Below are positions 1-10,263 of a stretch of DNA of 64,000 bases, in pieces. The stretch covers positions 1,923-65,922 of the forward strand of contig CAZXTR010000001.1 in the NCBI GenBank assembly GCA_964643615.1, written 5' to 3'. The stretch's first letter is position 1. Every line of letters begins with the position of its first letter. The translations under genes were made by a program, and so were the position numbers. Source of the stretch: an uncultured Lactobacillales bacterium (GTDB lineage: Bacteria > Pseudomonadota > Alphaproteobacteria > CAAHEQ01 > UBA3637). The notes below the pieces were generated by a model. The model ran no database searches and was not told the DNA's origin. It saw only the letters and a list, made by a program, of their open reading frames with translations.

Positions 1-879
1 GTCTGGAGAAAAACAAGGACTTGTATCAATCATCGGGTGATTAGTTAATCTTTTCTTTTCGCTTTTAACAATATCATAAAGATAAATTTCAGAGTTGCCA
101 TTTTCCGAAAAACTCATAATCAATTGTTGGCTATCTGGAGAAAAACGCGGGGCAAAAGTCATTCCCGAAAAATAGCCAAGAGGTTCTTCTTTGCCTGTCT
201 GGACATCCATTAAATAAACCCTCGGCTTTCCTTTTTTAAAAGATAAATACGCAATTTTTTGCATGTTCGGAGCAAAACGCGGTGTTACCACTAAATCTTT
301 TCCGTCTGTCAAAAAAGTGTGTTGTGCTCCATCTTGATCCATAATAGCCAGCCGTTTAATTTTTCTTGCACTTTTCCCCGATTCGTTAATATATACTATT
401 TTACTGTCAAAATAACCTTTTTCCCCTGTAATACGGCTATAAACCATATCCGAAATAATATGCCCCAGGCGTCTTTTTTCCTTTTCTGGCAAAGATATTT
501 CCTTTGATTCCATGGACTGCCCAGAAAAAACATCCCACAAACGAAAAGAAACTTTTATCCAGCCATCGGGTTGATTATTCGTTTCCCCTTGCACCAAAGC
601 TTGCACATTAATAGCTTGCCAATCCGAAAATCGAGGCAATGTACGAATATTAGGCAACTCTTGTAAAAAAGCGTCCGCATTTACCAAACGAAACAATCCA
701 GAATTTTCCAAATCAGATCTTACTATTTGCGTAATTTCTTCAAATGAATCTCCAGCAAAAGGAGCAACCGCCAACGGAATAGGCTCAAAACCAGCCCCAG
801 TAACATCAATTTTAAGCTCAGCTTTCCCACTCATAGGAAATAACAATATCATCCACAATAAAAAAAATACTCGTTTCAT
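1..879 (-). CDS. tolB: TolB periplasmic beta-propeller protein, N-terminal ~290 aa; the 3' end runs off the window
   Basis: Reverse-strand translation from ATG at 877-879 (RBS AGGAG at 886-890) gives MKMKRVFFLLWMILLFPMSGKA..., a signal peptide followed by TolB-like repeats (FAPRFSPDSQQL). It sits downstream of tolQRA in the canonical order. Confidence 0.85.
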   Translation of the reverse strand, partial: MKRVFFLLWMILLFPMSGKAELKIDVTGAGFEPIPLAVAPFAGDSFEEITQIVRSDLENSGLFRLVNADAFLQELPNIRTLPRFSDWQAINVQALVQGETNNQPDGWIKVSFRLWDVFSGQSMESKEISLPEKEKRRLGHIISDMVYSRITGEKGYFDSKIVYINESGKSARKIKRLAIMDQDGAQHTFLTDGKDLVVTPRFAPNMQKIAYLSFKKGKPRVYLMDVQTGKEEPLGYFSGMTFAPRFSPDSQQLIMSFSENGNSEIYLYDIVKSEKKRLTNHPMIDTSPCFSPD

Positions 880-888
880 TTTCATCTC

Positions 889-1785
889 CTAAAAAACAGT
901 GCTGTCCAATGGATTAAATCGAAAAACAATATCCTTCCAAACGGAATAAGTATCTGATCGCTTTTGTGCTAGTATTCTAAACGGAGAATCATTTCCTTGT
1001 CCATCACAAATATAAACCGCACGTCTTGCACTGTCTGCAACCGACTGAAAAGCTTTATCAGATCTATAACGAGCCATATCCAAAAATTCAACTTGATATA
1101 CTTTGCCCGTTTTGTCTAATAAAACACGTAATTCGACAATCATTTTATCAATCCCTTCAACACCTAAATCAACATTCCAATGACTACGGATGCCTTGGGA
1201 TAAAAAATCCAATTCGCTGATTGTTAAAGGTTGCGATAAATCGGGTCGACTTTCTCCATGAATCCCTTGTTTAACAACATTTGTGTTGGAGGTTATTGTT
1301 TCAGACATTTTATCAACTTTCGCTAATAATTTTTTTAAATCTTCTTGCGACGAAGGTTGTGTTTTTAATGTTTTTTTAGTCACATCTTTTATTTTTTGAT
1401 GTAACTTTTCTATTTTTTGAGTTTCTGCTTTAAACGGTTTCTTCAACGTTTCTTTTATAGGAATGGCGGTCGGATCAGGTTTTGCCTCTTTTGGATTTGG
1501 CGTAGGCGGCGGTGTTTGTTTTTTTTCTGATCTTCTAGGTGATTTTTTTGGGGCAACAGATGCTTTTACCACTGGCGCTTTCTGGGAACTTAGATTCTCC
1601 TTACTGAGACTCTCTGCGGCAGGAAGATTCGTTTTAGATGTAATTTGTACATTCTTTAAATCAATAATAATGGGGGTAGAAATAACTTCTTCTCTTTGAT
1701 GTATCATCCAATTTGGTAATTGAACAAACAATAAAAGAAAAATCAACAAATGCCCCAATAAAGAATAAAAAAAAGATATGGACAC
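889..1785 (-). CDS. tolA: TolA-like membrane-anchored protein with a Lys/Pro-rich extended region
   Basis: N-terminal TM segment (ISFFYSLLGHLLIFLLLFV) followed by a K/P/E-rich low-complexity region and a C-terminal globular domain, at the tolQ-tolR-tolA-tolB position. The likely start is GTG at 1783-1785 with RBS AAGGAAAG, 4 nt past the tolR stop. The ORF-track ATG at 1833 would overlap tolR by 47 nt. Confidence 0.7.
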   Translation of the reverse strand: MSISFFYSLLGHLLIFLLLFVQLPNWMIHQREEVISTPIIIDLKNVQITSKTNLPAAESLSKENLSSQKAPVVKASVAPKKSPRRSEKKQTPPPTPNPKEAKPDPTAIPIKETLKKPFKAETQKIEKLHQKIKDVTKKTLKTQPSSQEDLKKLLAKVDKMSETITSNTNVVKQGIHGESRPDLSQPLTISELDFLSQGIRSHWNVDLGVEGIDKMIVELRVLLDKTGKVYQVEFLDMARYRSDKAFQSVADSARRAVYICDGQGNDSPFRILAQKRSDTYSVWKDIVFRFNPLDSTVF

Positions 1786-1786
1786 T

Positions 1787-2233
1787 CTACTTTCCTTTTT
1801 TACTTGATGATGACAATCGCACGACTTGAGCATCTGTTTTTAAACCAACCTGCGAATATCCGGCAGTCCGCAACAAAGCCATAACTTCAATAACTTTACC
1901 ATAAGGTGCTTTTTCATCAGCGCTAATCATTATTCGAATTTTTGGATTTTCAGCAACAACCGCTTGAACCTTTGGCAACAACTTATCTAACGAAATCGAA
2001 GTTGAAGCAATAAAAATTTGGCCTTGTGCATTTACGCTTAAATCCAACGTTTTGTCTTGACCTTGAATTTGTTTGCCATCACCTTTGGGTAAGTTTAATG
2101 GAATCCCCGTCGTCAACATTGGCGCAGTAATCATAAAAATAGCCAACAAAGACATCATCACGTCAATCAACGGTGTTAAATTGACATCACTTCGTACTTT
2201 GCTTTTGCGCCGAGTTTTTTGCCTTATTGACAT
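1787..2233 (-). CDS. tolR: TolR (ExbD/TolR family)
   Basis: 148 aa with a single TM (LIDVMMSLLAIFMITAPM), typical ExbD/TolR size, immediately after tolQ. Confidence 0.85.
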   Translation of the reverse strand: MSIRQKTRRKSKVRSDVNLTPLIDVMMSLLAIFMITAPMLTTGIPLNLPKGDGKQIQGQDKTLDLSVNAQGQIFIASTSISLDKLLPKVQAVVAENPKIRIMISADEKAPYGKVIEVMALLRTAGYSQVGLKTDAQVVRLSSSSKKGK

Positions 2234-2950
2234 TTATTCACGCCCCCCAACTTGTTCAATTTGGCGACTAATAATAGCACTTAATTCACCCATAAAAGTT
2301 TCCATCCGGTTGGTAATATGATCGATATCGCTGGAAAATTTATTATATGCTATCAAGGCGGGAATTGCGGCAATCAACCCTATCGCTGTTGTCAATAAAG
2401 CTTCTGCCACCCCAGGAGCGACAGCAACAATATTTGTGTTTTGAGACAAACCAATGGATTGAAAGCTATCCATAATACCCCACACAGTACCAAACAATCC
2501 AACCAACGGAGAAACAGACCCTACGGACGCTAAAAAAATCATGTGAGATTCAAGCCTTTCTGCTTCACGATCTATAGTAATTTGCATAACTTTATCAATA
2601 CGTTCTTGAACATCAATTCCTTTTGTTTTCATTTCTTTTTTACCTAAAGAACGTTTCCATTCTTTTATCGCTGAACAAAAAATTGCTGCCAAGGGGGAGG
2701 AAGGCTTCCCCGCTATTTTTTCGTACAAAATATCAAAAGATGAACCGCCCCAAAATTGTTCTTCAAAAGATTTTGAATTATCTTTAACGCGCCGGAATTT
2801 CCCCATTTTATCTAGTATAATTGACCACGACCAAATAGATGCTAAAATCATAGCAATCATCAACAATTTCATAAAAATATCCGAATGTTCAAACATCCCC
2901 CAAATCGACAATGTTTGACGCGCTGTTTCCATAGCCACTTGTTCTTTCAT
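2234..2950 (-). CDS. tolQ: TolQ (MotA/TolQ/ExbB proton-channel family)
   Basis: 238 aa with three TM segments and the conserved C-terminal motif (GLFGTVWGIM...IVAVAPGVAEALLTTAIGLIAAIP). The true start may be an internal Met. Confidence 0.85.
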   Translation of the reverse strand: MKEQVAMETARQTLSIWGMFEHSDIFMKLLMIAMILASIWSWSIILDKMGKFRRVKDNSKSFEEQFWGGSSFDILYEKIAGKPSSPLAAIFCSAIKEWKRSLGKKEMKTKGIDVQERIDKVMQITIDREAERLESHMIFLASVGSVSPLVGLFGTVWGIMDSFQSIGLSQNTNIVAVAPGVAEALLTTAIGLIAAIPALIAYNKFSSDIDHITNRMETFMGELSAIISRQIEQVGGRE

Positions 2951-2971
2951 TTTATTTTACTTCCTTTACTT

Positions 2972-3391
2972 TTATTTTTTGTCTTTTTCTATAAAGTGTT
3001 CAAAAACCGTTTTTAAATCCTCTGGCAAACGTGTTGGCTTTAATTTTTGAACATCAACAAAGACGACATGTATCTTCATTTCCACCAAAATCAAATCTTC
3101 TTTTTTAACAATTTGGTTCATCACCACTGAAGCCCCGCCAAGCGAATCAATAGATGTATAGACGTAAATTAAATCTTCCAATCTTGCGGAGGCTTTAAAT
3201 TCCATTTCTGCCCGTCGTATCATTAGCCCAATGCCGCGTTCTTTCAATCCCAAATTTGTCAATCCTGCTTTGTATAAAAAATCGGATCGAGCACGTTCGG
3301 CATAACGCAAATAATTGGCATGGTAAACAACTCCACCGGCATCTGTATCTTCGTAATAAATACGCACTGGTAATTTATGAACCATTAACAA
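2972..3391 (-). CDS. ybgC: YbgC-type acyl-CoA thioesterase (4HBT fold) of the Tol-Pal cluster
   Basis: 139 aa, RIYYEDTDAGGVVYHANYLRY hot-dog thioesterase signature, positioned between ruvB and tolQ. Confidence 0.8.
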   Translation of the reverse strand: MLMVHKLPVRIYYEDTDAGGVVYHANYLRYAERARSDFLYKAGLTNLGLKERGIGLMIRRAEMEFKASARLEDLIYVYTSIDSLGGASVVMNQIVKKEDLILVEMKIHVVFVDVQKLKPTRLPEDLKTVFEHFIEKDKK

Positions 3392-3429
3392 ACCTCTTTA
3401 TAAAAATTGTTTTTACGCCACATGGGTAA

Positions 3430-4479
3430 TTATATTTTCCCTTCTTTGTCAAATAAAGTCATAACAGTCGAAGACGGTTGAACCCCCAAATGATGAAAGC
3501 CCGCCAAAGACAATACACGGCCTCGTGGTGTTCTTTGAACAAGTCCTTCTTGCATTAAATAGGGTTCAACCACTTCTTCGATAGTATCTCTTTCTTCAGC
3601 CAATGCCGCAGACAATGTATCTGCGCCTACAGGACCACCACCATACTTATCGGCGATACATTTTAAATAACGTCTATCTTGAGCATCTAATCCTGATTTA
3701 TCTACCTCTAATAGACTTAATGCTTTATCCGCTATTTCCCGATCGATTTCGGTTTTTTTTTCAACCAAAGCAAAATCTCGCACGCGACGAAGCAATCGAC
3801 CCGCAACTCGAGGTGTTCCTCGCGCCCTTTTTGCAATTTCATGTGCCCCTTCTTGAGTAATTTTGACTTTCAAAATCCTCGCTGCACGTTCCACAATTTT
3901 TTCCAGATCCTCAACATTATAAAAATTTAATCGTAAAGGAATTCCAAAACGTTCTCGCAACGGCGTTGTCAACAAGCCTGAACGCGTCGTCGCACCAACG
4001 AGCGTAAAAGGTTGTAAATCTATCCGCACCGACCTTGCCGCAGGCCCTTCACCAATAATTAGATCCAATTGAAAATCTTCCATCGCTGAATAAAGAACTT
4101 CTTCTATCAATGGGTTTAAACGGTGAATTTCATCAATAAACAGCACATCATTTTTTTCTAGATTCGTTAAAATCGCTGCTAAATCTCCAGATTTTGAAAT
4201 CATCGGTGCCGATGTTGGACGAAACCCAACCGCTAATTCTTTGGATATAATTTGAGCCAAAGTCGTTTTCCCTAACCCCGGAGGACCAAATAATAATACG
4301 TGATCTAAAGATTCTGCGCGTTCTTTCGCCGAATGAATAAATACGCGCAAATTATTACAAGTCTGTGTTTGCCCTACAAATTCGGATAACGTTTGAGGAC
4401 GAAGACCTGTGTATAATTCTTCGTCTCCACTGATAGCCTTTGGTGTAATAATTCTTTCGTCAACCATTATTCTTTCCAA
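3430..4479 (-). CDS. ruvB: Holliday junction branch-migration helicase RuvB
   Basis: Walker [14 protein letters not shown] plus RuvB-specific motifs; about 20 nt overlap with the ruvA stop. Confidence 0.95.
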   Translation of the reverse strand: MERIMVDERIITPKAISGDEELYTGLRPQTLSEFVGQTQTCNNLRVFIHSAKERAESLDHVLLFGPPGLGKTTLAQIISKELAVGFRPTSAPMISKSGDLAAILTNLEKNDVLFIDEIHRLNPLIEEVLYSAMEDFQLDLIIGEGPAARSVRIDLQPFTLVGATTRSGLLTTPLRERFGIPLRLNFYNVEDLEKIVERAARILKVKITQEGAHEIAKRARGTPRVAGRLLRRVRDFALVEKKTEIDREIADKALSLLEVDKSGLDAQDRRYLKCIADKYGGGPVGADTLSAALAEERDTIEEVVEPYLMQEGLVQRTPRGRVLSLAGFHHLGVQPSSTVMTLFDKEGKI

Positions 4480-5068
4480 TCTCCTTCAAAGACATACGTA
4501 TCAAATCTGCGGTTTGAATATCGGAATTGTTTTGGTATAGAGTTCCTACAACCATGCCCGCTTCACTACGTCCATACCCCAAGTTTGTCAAAGCAGAAAT
4601 TGCTTCGCTTAGCACATTTCCTATTTTTGAATCATCTGAAACAATAAAATCAGAAGAGCGACTAAAAACAGTAGCTTTCTCTTTTAATTCTGTCACTATG
4701 CGTAAAGCAAGCTTGGGGCCAACGCCCGAAGCTCTTATTAAAGCCTTAGAATCTCCAGTTGCCAAAGCAAGTTTTAAATCTTGTGGTTTAAGTACAGATA
4801 AAATTGCTAACCCCACCTTTGCTCCAACACCTTGAACACTCGTCAACAACCCAAAACTTTCCTTTTCTATCGCATCTGCAAAACCAAAAAGGTGAATATG
4901 GTCTTCACGCACTTGGGTTTCAATTAACAAGCTCGTACTTAAGCCTTTATTTGAACACCGCGCCAACGTTTGTGACGAACAAAATACTCGATACCCAACG
5001 CCGTGAACATCCAAAATCACGTAATCCACCCCCACAAAGTCAACCAAGCCCGTTAATTTTGCAATCAT
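4460..5068 (-). CDS. ruvA: Holliday junction DNA-binding protein RuvA
   Basis: 202 aa with N-terminus MIAKLTGLV...[12 protein letters not shown] and HhH motifs. Confidence 0.9.
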   Translation of the reverse strand: MIAKLTGLVDFVGVDYVILDVHGVGYRVFCSSQTLARCSNKGLSTSLLIETQVREDHIHLFGFADAIEKESFGLLTSVQGVGAKVGLAILSVLKPQDLKLALATGDSKALIRASGVGPKLALRIVTELKEKATVFSRSSDFIVSDDSKIGNVLSEAISALTNLGYGRSEAGMVVGTLYQNNSDIQTADLIRMSLKEIGKNNG

Positions 5069-5195
5069 ATTTTGTCCTTTCCTATTCCATCATACTCAAA
5101 AAGAACAAAAATGCAAATTAAACTAGCTTTTTTCGAAAAAAGGTTCTATAAAGCAAAAGTCATGACTGTAAAGATTAGATGAAAAGGAGAAAAAT

Positions 5196-6203
5196 ATGAC
5201 AACTCGTGTTGCGATTAACGGTTTCGGACGGATTGGCCGTTTGGTATACCGTGCATTTATTGAATCAGGTCGTAAAGATCTGGAAATTGTCGCTATCAAT
5301 GACTTAGGTGACGCTACTGCAAATGCGTATTTATTAAAATATGATTCTATTCACCGCATGATGAACGTCGATGTTTATGCGGATGGTGAATATTTAGTTG
5401 CTGGGAATTATCGAACAAAGGTAATTGCACAGAAAGACCCTACTCAATTACCCTGGAAAGAAATGGGCATCGATATCGTCATGGAATGTACTGGCATTTT
5501 TTCGGCAAAAGAAAAAGCCATAGTCCATATCGACGCAGGGGCAAAACGCGTTTTAGTTTCTGCTCCTTCAGAAGGGGCCGATAAAACAATCGTTTACGGC
5601 GTTAACCAAAATACATTAACCGACAAAGATTTGGTTGTTTCAAATGCTTCGTGCACAACAAATTGTTTGGCTCCTGTTGTTTATGTTTTGGACAAAGAAT
5701 TTGGCATTAAACAAGGCTTTATGACCACTATCCATAGCTATACGAATGATCAAAAGATTTTGGATCAATTACACAAAGACCTTTATCGCGCTAGAGCCGC
5801 AGCAATGAGTATGATCCCCACAAAAACAGGAGCTGCCAAAGCAATCGGGTTGGTTTTACCCCAAATGGCTGGCAAGTTAGATGGAGTTTCTATTCGTGTG
5901 CCGACTCCCGACGTTTCATTAGTTGATGCTAACTTCATCATGGACAAAGATGTCACGGTCGATGCGGTTAATGCAAAAATGAAAGAATACGCCAATGGCG
6001 AATTAAAGGGCATTTTGGGTTATAATGATTTGAAGCTAGTTTCCATTGATTTCACACATGATCCATCTTCATCAACTTTTGATGCAAATGGCACAAAAGT
6101 TATGGGGGGAACTCAATTGCGGATCATGAGCTGGTATGACAATGAATGGGGATTTTCAAACCGCATGTTGGATACCGCCGTCGCAATGGGCAAACTTGTG
6201 TAA
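5196..6203 (+). CDS. gap: Glyceraldehyde-3-phosphate dehydrogenase
   Basis: NGFGRIGR Rossmann motif, active-site SNASCTTNCLAP, 335 aa. Confidence 0.95.
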   Translation: MTTRVAINGFGRIGRLVYRAFIESGRKDLEIVAINDLGDATANAYLLKYDSIHRMMNVDVYADGEYLVAGNYRTKVIAQKDPTQLPWKEMGIDIVMECTGIFSAKEKAIVHIDAGAKRVLVSAPSEGADKTIVYGVNQNTLTDKDLVVSNASCTTNCLAPVVYVLDKEFGIKQGFMTTIHSYTNDQKILDQLHKDLYRARAAAMSMIPTKTGAAKAIGLVLPQMAGKLDGVSIRVPTPDVSLVDANFIMDKDVTVDAVNAKMKEYANGELKGILGYNDLKLVSIDFTHDPSSSTFDANGTKVMGGTQLRIMSWYDNEWGFSNRMLDTAVAMGKLV

Positions 6204-6218
6204 AAGAATATCAAAATT

Positions 6219-6246
6219 AAAGGGGGCTTTTCGCCCCTTTTTTTTA
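6219..6246 (+). terminator. Rho-independent terminator of gap
   Basis: GC-rich hairpin AAGGGGGC-TTTT-CGCCCCTT followed by a T8 run, 15 nt after the gap stop. Confidence 0.75.
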
Positions 6247-6565
6247 ACCCATCAACCACTATAAATGCCCGTTTTACATTCCACCTTCTTTATTTTGTTT
6301 TGTCTTCAAAAACTGATTGAGCATTTACGTTTTATTCATTCTTAAAAGTGATGGTATTTTTTCGTGCATCTGCCGATTCTAATGACACTTGTCATTTTTG
6401 TTGTTTCCGTTTTTGTTCAACAGATTTTCTTTTTGCACTTCAAAAATTTTCTTTTCTTACTCGTATGGAATTTTATATTTTCTGACAAAAATAATATCTA
6501 AAACATCCATAGTTCTAAGAGTTTTTTGAATTTTTTAACACGTCGTATTTTCTTTTTTATGCAAT

Positions 6566-7501
6566 TTATTGATTATCTCGACCTCTATCGTGCACAAAGA
6601 CATTGACCACAGAAGGCCTTTGGCGCTGGGGCTGGGGTTTATGTCTTCCTTTATTGATAATTTCGCTTTTTTTTAACTGTTTTTTCAACCTGTTTGATAA
6701 TGAATCGTTTTTCGGTTTTCGTTTTACTAAACGAATCTGTCGATAATAATTACATACGTTTTTTTGTTCGATTTCTTCGTATATCATATTTTTTATCAAT
6801 GGTTTCATCTTTTTATAATTACCAATTCCTTTTTTCCCAGCACTTGCAAGAAAAAAACCTCCTACAGCAAGACCTATAAGGACAGGGAACGACGTTGCAA
6901 AAGAAACTCCAGCCAAAATAAAACCTATACCAAGCAATGCATATTTTGCAATATCAAGCTCATTATCAGCACGAGCTTTTAATACCAAATTGCGAGAGTT
7001 ATCCATTTTTTTTGGATTCATAGCACTATCATCAATCAACTGTACATTCTTTTGTATTTGGAAACGAGTTTTTGAATCAAGTTGAGCTACATACGACATT
7101 TGTTCGGATATAACCTTTTGATACTTTGCCATTTCCAATTTTGCACGCATTTCTTTATTAAATGCTCGGCACGTCATAAAAAACCCAACAATTGCAAAAA
7201 ACTCGATTGTTATTAAAGGCGTAAATGGTAGCCCTAGCATTGATCCTAAAACAACCATTCCTCCAAGGCCAAGCGTAGTCAAAGAATACATGGCGGATTT
7301 TATTTTTTGTTGTTCCTTTTGTGCTTTTTCATTTCTCAAAGTCCTTTGAGATACGCTTAAAGCAATAGCTTTGTCCATGGGAGATAAATAACATTTTAGA
7401 GGATCCAATTTAACAAAATCTGCATGTAAAATATCATAATAATTTAGGGCAATCGACTTTTCAAATTCATTCGTGTTTTTCTTAGTGGGCATTACAAACA
7501 T
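6566..7501 (-). CDS. Hypothetical inner-membrane protein with a polybasic C-terminal tail
   Basis: 311 aa with 3-4 predicted TM helices in the middle (LGGMVVLGSMLGLPFTPLITIEFFAIVGFF; LLGIGFILAGVSFATSFPVLIGLAVGGFFLA) and a K/R-rich C-terminus. No family recognised. Confidence 0.5.
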   Translation of the reverse strand: MFVMPTKKNTNEFEKSIALNYYDILHADFVKLDPLKCYLSPMDKAIALSVSQRTLRNEKAQKEQQKIKSAMYSLTTLGLGGMVVLGSMLGLPFTPLITIEFFAIVGFFMTCRAFNKEMRAKLEMAKYQKVISEQMSYVAQLDSKTRFQIQKNVQLIDDSAMNPKKMDNSRNLVLKARADNELDIAKYALLGIGFILAGVSFATSFPVLIGLAVGGFFLASAGKKGIGNYKKMKPLIKNMIYEEIEQKNVCNYYRQIRLVKRKPKNDSLSNRLKKQLKKSEIINKGRHKPQPQRQRPSVVNVFVHDRGRDNQ

Positions 7502-7679
7502 TCCTTTTCCGAAAACAATGATGTGTATTCTAATATCTTATTAAGAAAAATCAATACTATTTTGTTCAAATCAAATCCTGAACAATCTATATAAATTGAC
7601 AAAACAGCGAAAAGGAAAGTAATTCAAAAATAGAAGATACGTAAGTGCTTCTATTTAAGCGGAGCTTTTATGTATCCGT

Positions 7680-7952
7680 TTATACTTTTTCATGAAATTT
7701 ACTATTCACAAGACTTGTCAATACTTGACACACTATTTTTTCATCTACGCCAGAGCAAGAAACAGATATTGTTGTTCCTTTAGAAGCCCCCAACATCATC
7801 AACCCCATAATAGATCGACCAGATACTTTCTGGCCATCTTTTTCAACCCAAACATCAGATTGGAAAGCGCCAACTTCCTTTACGAAATAAGATGCTGCTC
7901 GCGCATGCAACCCTTTTAAATTTTGAATTTGCAATTTAAAAACAACAGCCAT
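7680..7952 (-). CDS. ptsH: HPr/NPr phosphocarrier protein of the regulatory PTS
   Basis: 90 aa with the active-site region GLHARAAS and HPr fold pattern, downstream of EIIA-Man and hprK. Confidence 0.85.
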   Translation of the reverse strand: MAVVFKLQIQNLKGLHARAASYFVKEVGAFQSDVWVEKDGQKVSGRSIMGLMMLGASKGTTISVSCSGVDEKIVCQVLTSLVNSKFHEKV

Positions 7953-7955
7953 TAT

Positions 7956-8348
7956 TTATTTCAACAACCCCGAAGCAACATTGATATATTTTCGTCCTGA
8001 TTCTTTGGCCTCCTCAATTGCTATGCGCAAAGGTTTATTCCGCACTTGAACCAATTTAATTAACATCGGTAAATTTAATCCAGCCAAAACTTCAACAGAA
8101 CGCTCTTCCATAACAGAAATTGCTAAATTCGAAGGTGTCCCCCCAAACATGTCTGTCAAAATAGCTACACCTGACCCGGTATCCAATTTTTTCACTTTTC
8201 CCAAAATTTCAAGGCGCTTTTGCTCAATGTCTTCGGTTGCTAAAATGCAAACAGCATCAATTCCTTGTTGCATACCAACAACATGTTCCATTGCTATAAT
8301 CATTTCTTCTGCAACATGTCCATGAGAAACAACTAAAATTCCTATCAT
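7956..8348 (-). CDS. PTS EIIA component, mannose/fructose family
   Basis: 130 aa beginning MIGILVVSHGHVAEE, the phospho-His motif of EIIA-Man. Confidence 0.8.
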   Translation of the reverse strand: MIGILVVSHGHVAEEMIIAMEHVVGMQQGIDAVCILATEDIEQKRLEILGKVKKLDTGSGVAILTDMFGGTPSNLAISVMEERSVEVLAGLNLPMLIKLVQVRNKPLRIAIEEAKESGRKYINVASGLLK

Positions 8349-8387
8349 TTTTTATCCTTTTTTTTGAAATATACACTGTTTTTTATT

Positions 8388-8813
8388 TTATTCAAGAAAA
8401 AATGTCTCTGATTGTTGTAATGCCAACTCTATTTTAAAAATTGCCGATACATCAAATGCATTAATTTGAACAATAGGAACACGACAATTTGCCATTTCAA
8501 AAAAATAAAAAACAGGCATTCTTTCAACTTTTGACCGCGGAACAAGATCGATAATCAATGATAATTTTGTTAAAGGTTTAAACGGAACGCGTACAATCCC
8601 TAAACCACGCACTTCTATTTGACCTTGAATGGTCTTTGGACAAGAGGCCCACAAAATACCATCTTTTTCATCAAGCACAACTTGATCGTCCGCCACCAAT
8701 CGGTGACCTTCGCGCATAAAGCGCAAACATAAATCCGTTTTGCCAGAACCCGATTTCCCTCGGATTAAAACACCTTTGTCATCAACATCAATACACGACG
8801 CATAAAGTAGCAT
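8388..8813 (-). CDS. hprK: HPr kinase/phosphorylase, short alphaproteobacterial form (C-terminal catalytic domain only)
   Basis: 141 aa with Walker A GKSGSGKT and the HprK C-domain motifs LVADD...EVRGLG. Confidence 0.85.
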   Translation of the reverse strand: MLLYASCIDVDDKGVLIRGKSGSGKTDLCLRFMREGHRLVADDQVVLDEKDGILWASCPKTIQGQIEVRGLGIVRVPFKPLTKLSLIIDLVPRSKVERMPVFYFFEMANCRVPIVQINAFDVSAIFKIELALQQSETFFLE

Positions 8814-8902
8814 TTTTTATTTCCTCTATTTTTAAAATAACTCTTTTAAAAACACTTGTCAAAAAGAACGTGATTATGTATGATGAACGTTAGGAGATAT
8901 AA

Positions 8903-8979
8903 GTTCGTGTAGCTCAGCAGGATAGAGCGCAGGATTCCTAATCCTGAGGTCGTGGGTTCGACTCCCGCCACGAACACCA
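8903..8979 (+). tRNA. tRNA-Arg (anticodon CCT)
   Basis: Hand-folded cloverleaf. Acceptor GTTCGTG/CACGAAC is fully paired, D-stem GCTC/GAGC, anticodon stem CAGGA/TCCTG, loop TTCCTAA, T-arm GTGGG-TTCGACT-CCCGC, discriminator A, encoded CCA. Confidence 0.9.
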
Positions 8980-8991
8980 TAGGGGCAATAG

Positions 8992-10263
8992 ATGTTAGCA
9001 ACAAAACCAGAAGAAAATTTGATTAATGCCTTGGATCGCATAAGGGGCGTTTCTACTCCTTTTTTGGGGATTTACATTGCAATGTCAAAATTAACCCCAA
9101 ACAACCGAGGCTATCGTCAATTGGAAATTGTATCCCGATTATTTAAATCCTTGACAACCACAGAACAAAGTCGCTTATTTTTGCTTTCCAACAAAGATAT
9201 AGCCTTTATTACACCGAAATCTTCGCTAAACACTGTTGAAGAAATTTTATACCAAATTCGAACTTTATTCGCAGACGATCCTTTTTTGACAGAAAAAAAC
9301 AAAACCTCTTTTCAACACGTTTTTTTCTTGGACAATGAATTGGATGCGTTTAAACAATTGGTGTTTCAAAAAAATAAAGAGTCGGATAGAATACTGTCGC
9401 CCTCAAAGGAAATCAACCCCCTCTCTCCAGAAATATTAGAATCTGTTGTTAATCGTTTGGAAAAATTAGAGGCCATCCACTTTATTCGTCGGCAATCCGT
9501 TTTGTCTTTCCACCCCAAGTTTGGAAATCATTTTTTATTTCAAGAATTTTATACTTCTATCTCTCATTTGCAACAAAAGCTGTGCCCAGCGTATAGCTTG
9601 CTGGCTGAAAAGTCTTTATTTTTTCAATTAACGCAAACTTTGGATAAGCAGACGTTGCTCGCTTTAACTCATTTTAATTTAAACGAATATCCACCAGCCA
9701 TCAGTCTCAATTTAAACATATCGAGTTTGTATACTGCGGTTTTTCAAGAATTGTCCCGAGTATGGCCTACACCATTGATTATTGAATTACAACTTGCAGA
9801 TATTTTTCACAACTTAAAAACATATCAAGATGCCTATAAAAAAATGCACGAAATGGGGCATCAAATATTGATCGATGGATTGTCGCCTTTGGATTTAGAT
9901 TGTTTGGATTTTTCGATTTTACAACCCGATTATTTAAAAATCAATTGGGACCCAGAGTGGAAAAAAGAAGGTAAAGCCGAGTTGTTAAAACCTTATATTA
10001 ACAAAACTTATTTAACTATTGTGTTGACACATTGTAGTTCTGAAGATGCTTTAATGTGGGGGCAAAAAGCGGGCGTTTTTTCTTTCCAAGGGCATTACGT
10101 TGATGCTATCTTGGGAGCGATGATTAAAAATAGTTGCACTTTTGGCCAAGAATGTACACTTGCTTCATGCATGACGTGTCGACGTTCTTTGTCGCCACAA
10201 GTCCGCAGCCAATGTGTCCATTTGAAACATTTAGACGCCAACCCAAAAATGAAGGCGATTTAG
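8992..10263 (+). CDS. Hypothetical protein with a truncated GGDEF-like region and a degenerate EAL-like domain (paralogue 1)
   Basis: 423 aa. C-terminal half aligns by eye to the EAL fold, with QGHYV ending in place of QGY, but the catalytic motifs are replaced. N-terminal region resembles the distal half of a GGDEF domain (LFLLSNKDIAF in place of RxGGDEF). Paralogous to the next ORF. Confidence 0.5.
   Translation: MLATKPEENLINALDRIRGVSTPFLGIYIAMSKLTPNNRGYRQLEIVSRLFKSLTTTEQSRLFLLSNKDIAFITPKSSLNTVEEILYQIRTLFADDPFLTEKNKTSFQHVFFLDNELDAFKQLVFQKNKESDRILSPSKEINPLSPEILESVVNRLEKLEAIHFIRRQSVLSFHPKFGNHFLFQEFYTSISHLQQKLCPAYSLLAEKSLFFQLTQTLDKQTLLALTHFNLNEYPPAISLNLNISSLYTAVFQELSRVWPTPLIIELQLADIFHNLKTYQDAYKKMHEMGHQILIDGLSPLDLDCLDFSILQPDYLKINWDPEWKKEGKAELLKPYINKTYLTIVLTHCSSEDALMWGQKAGVFSFQGHYVDAILGAMIKNSCTFGQECTLASCMTCRRSLSPQVRSQCVHLKHLDANPKMKAI

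Noticed and set aside
319-507. 62-aa plus-strand ORF
   Set aside because: Lies entirely inside the minus-strand tolB coding region. It is low-complexity and has no RBS, so I treat it as an antisense artefact. The same holds for 1026..1220, 1463..1699 and 2073..2321, which fall inside tolA, tolR and tolQ.
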